DNA of 64,000 bases, taken from the NCBI GenBank assembly GCA_965644315.1, contig CBFFRQ010000212.1:72090-136089 (forward strand). Reading direction: 5' to 3'. The notes beneath the pieces were generated by a model. The model saw only the letters and a list, made by a program, of their open reading frames with translations. It was not told the origin of the DNA and did no database searches. Made by a program: the position numbers and the translations under genes. Shown piece by piece: positions 55,151-64,000 of this stretch (positions within the stretch are counted from its first letter, which is position 1; every line of letters begins with the position of its first letter). The DNA is from Caecitellus pseudoparvulus. Its lineage: Eukaryota > Protista > Bigyra: Bicosoecida.

Positions 55151-57482
55151 TCAGCCGAGCCTCAGCCCCGGCACGCTGGACGGTGTTTTTGAGGCGGGCT
55201 GGGCCGGCGCGGGTTCCTGCGTCAGAGGCCCGCCAGCCTCCATGCTGCCACCTGCACCCTGCGCCTCCCCCTCCTCCCCGCCATAGAAATTGTACACGAC
55301 AATGCAGCAGTCCTCCCCCACGCTGACGATCTGCCGCTCGTCGGGGGCCCACGCCAGCCCCAGCACGCGGGCTGTGTGCCCTTCCAGCACCTTGCGGGAA
55401 ATGACCTGCCCTCCAACAGGCGTCACGCCCTGCGTCGCCAACTCCGTGCTCAGCGGCATGAGCTCGTACACAGTGACGCTGGCGTCGTCCCCTGCTGTCG
55501 CCAGGAAACGCCCGGAGGGGGACACTGCCAGCGCATTCACCCGTGCTGCGTTGGGCGCGGGCAGCTCCTGCACGGGCGTTTCTGGCAAGTCCACGTCCCA
55601 GCACAGCAGGCGGCCGTCAGCGCCGGCGGTGATGATTTCCTGCTCGCTGTCCCTGCGCTGCGAGATGGCTGTGAGGGCTGCCGCTGCCGTGGAGGGCAGC
55701 TGGTGGCACACCACCTGCCGCTCCGTGCGCAAATCGTACGCAAACACGCAGCGGTCCGCACCCACGCTGTGCAGAATGGCGGGGGACAGCACGTCAGGCA
55801 GCACCTGCAGCACACCTTTCGTGTGGTCTGCGAACACTGCCACCAATTCCCGTTTGTCCCTGCTCCACACCGCCACGCGGCAGTCCTCGCCGCCGCTGAT
55901 GATGGCGAGGGGCGTCAGTGCGAGGCTGGTGGCGGCACCGCGGTGCGCTGGCACGTGCCACAGCAACTCCCCCGTTCCGCCAGTGAACGCGCGCAGCGCA
56001 CCGTCCTCCCACGCAGACACAATGGACCCATCCAGTGTGTCATCCATGGCCACAGCCGTCACTGCCACGCCGCCGGGGCCGCGGGAGCTCTGCAACACGC
56101 TGTAGTCGTTCAAATCCCACACGCGCACACGGCCGTCAGCTGACCCCGTCGCAAACACTTCACTTGAGGTCGTGCCGAAGGCCACACAGGTGACAGGCCC
56201 CGTGTGGGCGGCCTCCAACTCCAGGGGGGACAACGTCACACCCCCAGTGGTCGGGTGACTCCCAACTGCAACCCTGTACAGCCGCCCCGCTGCCGTGCCC
56301 ACCAACAGCCACGACCCGTCTCCCGCCGCACTGATGGATACGATGCAGCCTGCCAGGTCCACCCGCGCCTGCACAGTCCAGGAGAGGTCCCCCCCCACCA
56401 CCCGCACCAGGGCGCCCTCGCCCGTGCCGGCGTACACCGCCGCCGGACCAGATGCCGGCGCCGCCTGGGCGATGGCGGCATCCGCGGCGCTCTGCACGGC
56501 TGTGCCAGCGGGCAGGGTGGAGGTGGTGGATGCGGGGGGGGGTGGCACGACGCACAGGGCGTGCACACCCCCTGAGCCGATGGGGAACGACCCCCTGTAC
56601 ACGTTGGCGGCTGCGGAGAATACGGCCATTTCTCCGCTCTCAGTGCCCGCCAGTACGCTGCCGCTGGTGGGGTGGCGGTCGTAAGCGCCACACAGGTAGG
56701 CACGGTTGTAGCCCGTGCAGGGCATGCCTGCTGGCTCGGCGGTGAGTTTGTAACGCAGCACGCGCACGTCGTAGGTGACGGCTGCCTCGTGCACGGAGCT
56801 GCCGAGCGAGAAAAAAAGCGTGTACTCCGGGCGGCGGTGGGGGATGGTGACGCCGCCCCAGGCCAGGAAACCAATGGACTTGCCACACTTCTGCGAGTGC
56901 AGTTGCTCCCCCGTTTGCATGTCCCACATGAACAGGCTGTCGTCGGTGCCGGCGGCCACGAGGAAGCGATCGTCCGGCGCAAACGCCAGGTGCTTCACGC
57001 CGTCCCGGATGCCGAAGAGATTGTACACCTGCTTCTTACTGCCTGCATGCCATACGACGACGGGCGCCTCGCGGGTCTGCGCAGCGCGTGGCGGGCGGGC
57101 GGGCGGCGGCGTGAGCTGCAAGCTTCAGTTACGGCAGGGGAGAAACGCCCCGAAACTCCGCAGGGCACTGCGGCCGACGCCCAGCACGCACCGCTGCTCG
57201 ACGGGAGCCCACTTGTCCCGAGGCTATGAGTGTGCCCATGGGCGACAGCACGACGGAGCTGATTGACTCATCGTGCGCCCTCAGGAACTCCTGCTTGTGT
57301 GGGTCCGTCGTGTCCCCGATGGCAACATGGGCGCCTAAACTCGTCACGAACGTGTTGGCTTCCCCCGGGTGCACGTTCAGCGTGTGCGGGTGCAGCCCTG
57401 TGTACCCGATGACATGCTCGATCTCCAGGATGTCTGCGGGTGGCTCCTCGCCGCTGCCCACGATGCCCGGCACTGCCGCCAT
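55151..57482 (-). CDS. CFAP52: Cilia/flagella WD40 protein, WDR16-like (multi-exon)
   Basis: LEIEHVIGYTG, KQEFLRAHD, IASGQ, many WD40 repeats. Confidence 0.75.
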
Positions 57483-57865
57483 GTTGGTGAGCTGGGCTGC
57501 GCCACGCGCAGCGGCCTGCTCGGCACGCTGAGAGCGCGAAGGGGGGCGTCGCTGCAGATCCTGGGCGCACCATGTGTGCACCGTGTTGTGCAGTGGGGTG
57601 GGATGTGCAGTGGGGCTGCGAATGCCCCTGTGGCGTCGATGCGCCCGCGAGGCGCCTGACCAGGCGATAGAGTGGCAACACAAACGCAACCACCCGTGCA
57701 AAACACCTGCATGCTAGAACCCGGCTTAAATAGGTAATTGCTTCACCTCTGCTGCCGAACATAACTGCATCGTGGTCCCGAAAGCGCCCTGTCTTGTCGT
57801 CGGAGGCGGCTGCCGGGTAGCAATTTCCGCAGGCAGCCGCGGCTACACATCCCGGGCACTGAGCA

Positions 57866-58946
57866 ATGGATGCTTCCCCACGGCGGCCTTCTGCGGCTGG
57901 TGAAGATGGGGCAGCCCAAGATGGTGTGCCCACTGATGCCGGTGCGTCCTTTGCTCTGCCCTTGCTCCGACACACGCCCACCCAGTGCACGCCTGGCCCA
58001 CACAGAGGCGGCCGCCGCCTGGGAGCAGCAGCTGGCGACTGACGAGCAGTACTACGCGAGTGAGGGGCTGCTGGAGGGCGGGACTCTGTTCGATGACGTG
58101 GCCGCCTTTGCTCCCAGAGGACCTGCCCTGGAGGGCGACTTGTTGTCGGGTTTCCACCACGGTCTAGAACGCGACACCAGCCTGCCAGGTTCAGGGGCAG
58201 ACTTCTCCGAGAGCCTGCCCGGCATGCCAGGCGCAGGGGAGAGTGTGACTGCGACAGGAAAGGCGCTGGAAGCCGGCCAGCACGCGCTGCAGGCGCTCAC
58301 TGCCGCCCTGGAGGCCATTGACGCTCACGAATTCCTGCAGCCGCCAAACCCGGCCCAGCTCCAGGGCACTGACAGCCCGGCGGCACCAGCCAAGCCACGC
58401 CCACGGGCCACAGACCCTGCGAAAGGACCTTTGTCTGGAAAAGGCAGGGCGTGCGCGCCGTCGGAACTGGCAGGGCTGCCGCCTGCGCCCGACGCTGCGC
58501 CTGACAGCGGCCCCGAAACGCCGGCGCAGGAAACGACGCACCTGGACGACGACTTTCACGCCTCCATGGTGGCAGGCAGCGAGGGGGGCGGGGCAGAACC
58601 CACCCTTGCAGAAGCGTTTGCGGCAGATCTGCGCGCCATGCGCCCAGTGGAGGCGGATGGTGACGAATCCGAGCCGGGAGCTGGCGCGGCGGGGCAACGC
58701 AGCAAAGAAGGCATTGCCCTGGGCGAGCTGCCACCAGAAGCGCGACGCACGCCAGGCATGGGACACGATGCACCAGGTGCATCCTGTGCCGTGACGCCGA
58801 GTCGGGAGGAGCTGGAGGCGCACGCTGCAGCCCTACACTCGCTTGCAGCAGGGGTGCTTGGCAGTGAGGAAGCAGCTGCGGATTTCGTGCGCAGTGCACT
58901 GCGCCCAGCCTCTGCCACGACACAGTCCGCTGCGAGTGACAAATGA
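57866..58946 (+). CDS. Hypothetical low-complexity host protein
   Basis: Long acidic/Ala-rich ORF with probable GTGCGT intron near 57942. Confidence 0.4.
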
Positions 58947-59065
58947 AATTGCCTGCACCCGTGCCGTGTATGTGGGCGGCGTGCAAAGGACGCATTGGCA
59001 GTTTCCCAACCTCGCTGCTTTCTGCTCCTGCTCACACACGCGAGCAGGAGCGGAGCGGCGGCGGC

Positions 59066-62047
59066 ATGGCTGAGCCGCCCAGCGGCGAGGGTAGCCCGGG
59101 AAAAGGCCTCGCAGAGTTTGCCATTCACGATGGCTACTTTCAGCTGGGCTCCAAGCAGCTGGAGGCAGAGTACAACAAGGCCTACATCGTGGACGCCTGC
59201 ACGCAGCTGTCAGACGCCGAGCCGCGCCTGCGTGCGTCCAACGCGCCCCCCAATGCGCCAGTGGTGCTGGTGGTGTCTGCGACAGACAGACATGCCTTTG
59301 ATAAACACCGCTCGCACATGTTTGACTCGGCCAGCAACGCCCGCGCAGCCTGGCAGGCTGCCCTGGACGCGGTGAGCCAAGTGCACTGCAGGACAGGCAA
59401 ACGATTTCCGCTGGACACAGACTGCCCCCGCCCTCCCCCTCGCTGCACAGTGGCGGCCCGGCACGCCCGTGCCTCAACGCATCGCGCAACTTGCCTCCTC
59501 TTCCCCCGTCCCTCCTGCGCTGCGGTCCCAGCTGTGGTCCCAGGCCCTGGGTGAGTGACCTGGCGCTGCCTCGAGCGTTGAAAGCGCGGTACTCCACTCG
59601 CCCCGCGCCTCGCCTGCCGCACAGGCAACCCCAGCCACATGACCTCCAAGGCCTACGAAGCCTGTCTGCAGCGCGCCGTCTTCTCCATGGACCTGGCCGG
59701 CCTCGTCAAGGCGGCGGCCGCCCCCCGTGACAGCCCCTCGCCACCCCCCCCCCCCGCGGCGGCCTCCCCCCACCACGACGACGACGACGTGGGGCTACTG
59801 ACGCCCATCCGCATGCGGGGTGGCGTGGCGGAGGCCATGTCTCTGCCCTCCACACCCTCCTCTTTCTCATCCACCCCCACCCTGCCCTTCCTCAACCGCC
59901 TGAACCAGGCTGCCAGCGGGGCCCCCACATTGCCTGCGGCGGGGGGGGTGGACGCCACCCCCGACAGGGGGGGTGAAGGGGGGTCCCGCCCCGCTCTCCC
60001 GGCTCTGCCTTCCTCCCCAGCGGGGCGCATGACTCAGGTGGCGGGAACCCCCCTCACGGGCGGCGCGAGGGGGGGTGCCTCGCCCCCCGGCTCCGCCCCC
60101 CTCCTCGCCCGCATGGCTCGTATGGACACCGTGGTGGGCGGCTCCAGCCTCATGGCCAAGGCGGGCGGACACCCCCTGCCGTATTTCGCAGGGGAAGCCA
60201 CCGTGGAGTGCATCGGCCGCGACCTCAGCCGCACCTTCCCCCACCTGGCGTTCTTCGCGGGGGCCGACGCCGCCGAGCGCCAGCAGCTCGCCAACATCCT
60301 CATGGCCTTCTGCTTCTTCCGACCTGACATCGGGTACACGCAGGGCATGTCCTACCTCACCGCAGTGCTGCTCCTGACGCTGTCGCCGCCAGGACAGCAG
60401 GGGTCGGCGTTCCAGGCGGCACGTCGCAGGCGCCGACGCAAGGCCGGGCACGCCCTCGTGCAGGCCCGCCGGAGGGAGTACCTGGGCGAGGGGGGTGAGG
60501 GGGGGGGTACGCCCCCGCGCCCCACCACCTCGGGCGGCACCACGCCCTCCCCCCGCACGACCCCCGTCCCCACCCCCTCCTGCGGGGATGGGGGCGGCGG
60601 GGGAGGAGGGCGGAGGGGGTGGTGGGCCCACCCCCTCCGCCCCTCGCCCCATGCCCAGTCCCTTCGAGGGTGGGCCCACCCCCTCTGCGTCCCCCTCCCC
60701 CCGCCGCGCCCCCATGCCCAGCGCCCTGCTCCGGTACGGAGGGGGGGGGGGCGTCTCCCCCCAAGGCACCTTGGCACGACGCAGCACAGAGCCAGCCCCT
60801 GTGGAGCCGGCCGCCACGCCGCCCCACGGCCTCCGCCCCCGCACAGGCAGTGCGGCGTCCCTCGTCTCCGTGGCCATGTCGGAGGGGGGGGGGACCCCGG
60901 CCCGGGGAGGGGGGGGGTCCCATCCCTCCTTGGCTTCCCTCGGCTGGGAGGGGGGTGCCGCCGGCCTGACCCCCCCCTCCTCCCTGCCAGTGGGCGCCTG
61001 GGCTGCCAACGCCCAAGGGGGTGCAGGGGGGGTCGCGCCGCTGGACCTGGGCCCACCCCCCCTGCCCCAGATGGAGGCCCCCCCGCCCCCCTGCCAGCCG
61101 TGTGCGCACCCCCATTCACCGAGTCCCCCATCTGGCCTCCGGCATGGCCAGCGGGCGTATTACGGCGGGAGGGGGGGGCGGACACCCCCCTCCCGCCGAA
61201 CGCCAGCACAGCCCCACCCTGGAGGTGCTACTGCGGGGGGGCGAGCGCGCCCTGCCCGCAGGTGGCGCCACCCATGGGCGGGCGGGTGACTCCGCCTCCC
61301 CCCACGCCCCCCTCCCCTCCCCCTCCTCCTCCAGCAGCCTGGCAGCCCTGGCCACAGGGGGGCATGCGTACCTGCGGGGGGGGCGGCGGCACCTCCCCCG
61401 CCTCCACCGCCAGCGCCACCTCCGCACCACCCGAGGTGCAGGGGGGGGGGGGGGTGCCCCAGGTCGGAGGGGGGGGCGGCGACATCCCCCCCCTGCACCG
61501 CCCCTCCGCCGCCTCCTCCGCCGCCTCCGGCCCCGCGGGGGATGGCTGGACGCTGGAGTCCCGCGTCTTCCGGTGCTTCTCGGCACTCGTGGCGTCGCCG
61601 CCCGTGCGGCACTTCTTCGCCCTGGACCTGGGCGTCATGGAGGCCTGGTTCGACGCCTTCTACTCCGCCCTGCGCCGGCACTCCCCCTCCGCCGCCGACG
61701 CCCTGCCACGGGACGAACTGCCCCCCCACGCATACCTCACCAAGTGGCTCATGACGCTCTTTGCACAGCCGCTGGCGGGGCAGTTGGAGGTCGTGGTGGT
61801 GATCTGGGATCGCGTGTTGCTGCTGGGGCCCGTGGAGATTCTCCGCTGCGCCGTCGCCCTCGCCACCACCCTGGCCCCCCTCCTCGCCCACCTGAACCCC
61901 GTCAACCAACAAGCCCTCCTCGCACGGGTGCCGGAAGGCCTCAAGCTGTACGAGGAGGCCTTCTTGCGACAGGTGCGGTCTGTGCGCCTCACGCCGGCCG
62001 AGGCGGCGGCGGCGGATGTGGGGGTGGCCCTGGAGCCCACGGCCTGA
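59066..62047 (+). CDS. Rab-GAP TBC domain protein (TBC1D12/14-like; spliced, probable homopolymer frame errors)
   Basis: IGRDLSRTFP, RPDIGYTQGMSYL, YLTKWLMTLF, IWDRVLL. Confidence 0.75.
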
Positions 62048-62094
62048 CGAGGCAGCAGCGGCAGAGGCATGCATTCACCAGCACCACGGGCCCG

Positions 62095-63340
62095 TCACAG
62101 CAAGGCGGCCAGCTGCGCGCGTGTGGCGGTGTCTATGTGCGTGGGGAAGGTGATGTGGAACTTCAGGCGCAGGTCACCCTTGGACCCCGGCGCCTTGCTC
62201 ACCGGCATGCCCTCGCCTGGCACGCGCTTGGTGTAGCCGGGCGAGATGACCTCGTTGCAGGGCACGGAGAGCGTGCGGCCGTCCAGGGTGCGCACGTGCA
62301 CGGTGTGGTCGCACAGGGCCTGCTTGAGCGTAATACGCGCCGTGTGCACCAGGTCGTTGCCGTCCCGCTCGAACCGGTCGTGCGGCTTCTCGCCGATGAC
62401 AAAGACGATGTCAGCGGGGATGGTGCCGGGCGCCTCATCGCCCTCCTTCTCGAATGTAATCTTCGTGCCCCGCTTCCACCCCGCCTTGATCGGCACATCC
62501 AGCACCTTCTCAGCCGTGCTCCCGTCGGCCAGGCGCCGCGTCACCTTCAGGTGCTTCGTCGTGCCAGTGTACAGGTCCTCCAGAGACACGGGCAGCTGCC
62601 GCCGGATGGGCGGCGCCTGCTGCGGCCCGCGAGACCGCTGCCCGCGCATGCCGGACATGGGCCCGCCCATGGAGCTGAAAACGGTGCGGAAGCCACCGCC
62701 GCCCAAACCGCCTGCGTCGTCGTCGAAACCCATGGAGCTGAACACGGCAAAGGGGTTGTCTGTACCAAAGAACTTCGCAAACACCTCGTTTGGATCGTGG
62801 AAACCTGCGCCGCCACCAGAGGAGAAGCCTGCGATGGGAAGCGGGCAGCGGGAACTGAAACGCTGGAACTTTCTTCACGAAACGCTGCCGGCCACAGGCA
62901 CCCGCGCCTCCCCGCGCCGCGAAGCGCCTGCCAGGCACAAAGCAGCCCTGCACGTGGCGAGAACACAAGCCTGCACGCACCTCCACCGCCAGAGCCACCT
63001 CCTCCAGCGCCCCCGGCCTTCAAGCCTTCCACGCCAAACTGATCGTACACTGCGCGCTTCTCCTTGTCGCTGAGCACTTCGTACGCCTCGTTGATCTCCT
63101 TGAAGCGCTTCGCAGCCTCCTCCTTCTTGTCGGCATTCTTATCTGGGTGCCACTTCACCGCCAACTTGCGGTACCTGCGCAGGGTCGACGGAAAGCCAAG
63201 TGCTTCCAGCAGCCGCGGGGTGCAGCACATCGATGTTGGGCAGATTCCTGGGAGAACATTCGGCCACAGCGCACGCACGCCTTCTTCAAGTCGCCATCCG
63301 ACGCATCCCGATTCACACCCAACACCTTGTAGTAGTCCAT
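62095..63340 (-). CDS. Class B DnaJ/Hsp40 (multi-exon)
   Basis: [17 protein letters not shown] region, [23 protein letters not shown]. Confidence 0.9.
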
Positions 63341-63811
63341 GGCACACGTGCACAGTGCTCGTGAGCGTGCTCGAGCTCTGCTGTGCCTGGGTTTGTGCGG
63401 AAATTGACACCTGCACACAAGCTGCCAATGCCCTGAGTTTGACTTCGCGCCGATTCACTCCTCGACCCTCGCAATCTGTCTATCAAATGCTGCGTTGTAG
63501 TGGAAGACTGGGAATGTCAATTATTTCGTTCGTTGGTTGCATGGATTTGTCAACAGAACTGCATTGAGTTGCTGCTTCTGGAGTTTGCCGCCTGGACATC
63601 TCCAACCAGCATCACCACACGCACGAAGCCATCCACCCTTGGGCCTGGAACTCGCACAGGCTGGGATGTGCTAGTGCATTCTCAAACATAGCCGTGCCCG
63701 ATCCTGCATTCCCTGCCACACATGAGTTGGCAACAGTCGCACAACTGTCACGGGCCAGTGCTAAGCCACCTCACCAGCGATGAAAGTTGCTTGCTTGTAA
63801 GGGGAGAGGCA

Positions 63812-64000
63812 TCAAATCATGTGCTTCAGGTCATCAAACTTGATGGCACGCTGCCTGAATCTGTCGGGGATCCGGCGATGCCCCGTCAGAGCCAGCAACT
63901 CACGCACCACATCCTCATGGCCACCCAGACACGCAAGTTGGAAGCCCCCGTCAGGAACGCCACTTACCCGAGCATGCACATCCACCTCGCGATGCCCGGT
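63812..64000 (-). CDS. 3' end of an ankyrin-repeat-like protein (runs off window)
   Basis: VDVHA...FQLACLGGHEDVVRELLAL. Confidence 0.55.
   Translation of the reverse strand, partial: TGHREVDVHARVSGVPDGGFQLACLGGHEDVVRELLALTGHRRIPDRFRQRAIKFDDLKHMI

Noticed and set aside
60480-61520. Apparent dual-coding region in the TBC gene
   Set aside because: Many G/C homopolymers; frame changes are best explained by sequencing indels

Overview
Eukaryotic (protist) genomic DNA carrying two AT-rich endogenous DNA viruses in a GC-rich host background. (1) 1..~7950 is the right part of a Polinton-like virus (PLV): C-terminus of a probable major capsid protein, a penton, a fibre-like protein, small ORFs, a lipase, and a hairpin-rich end finishing in an 80-nt palindrome. 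(2) 9326..32491 is a complete 23.2-kb integrated virophage with 584-bp terminal inverted repeats and a 5-bp target-site duplication (CTGTT). It encodes an SF3 helicase, an apparently exonuclease-less protein-primed PolB, a papain-like peptidase/nucleotidyltransferase fusion, the ATPase-protease-penton-MCP block, a fibre, a Dam-like methyltransferase, a PD-(D/E)xK nuclease and an rve integrase with chromodomain. Most of its genes have a TCTA promoter motif, and GATC is almost absent. The two viruses share a fibre module and a small basic protein. Between and beside them lie a tyrosine-recombinase remnant, a host ORF split by the virophage, and a decayed CMC/Plavaka-like transposase. 39.4-64 kb is intron-containing host DNA: DHFR-TS (TAG at the conserved Trp), TBC1D23, WDR78/DNAI4, DUF455, head-to-head purF/purK, CFAP52, a second TBC protein, DnaJB and an ankyrin-like fragment. 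The host looks like a flagellated, Cafeteria-like stramenopile (inference only). All family calls are from motif recognition by eye; no searches were run.
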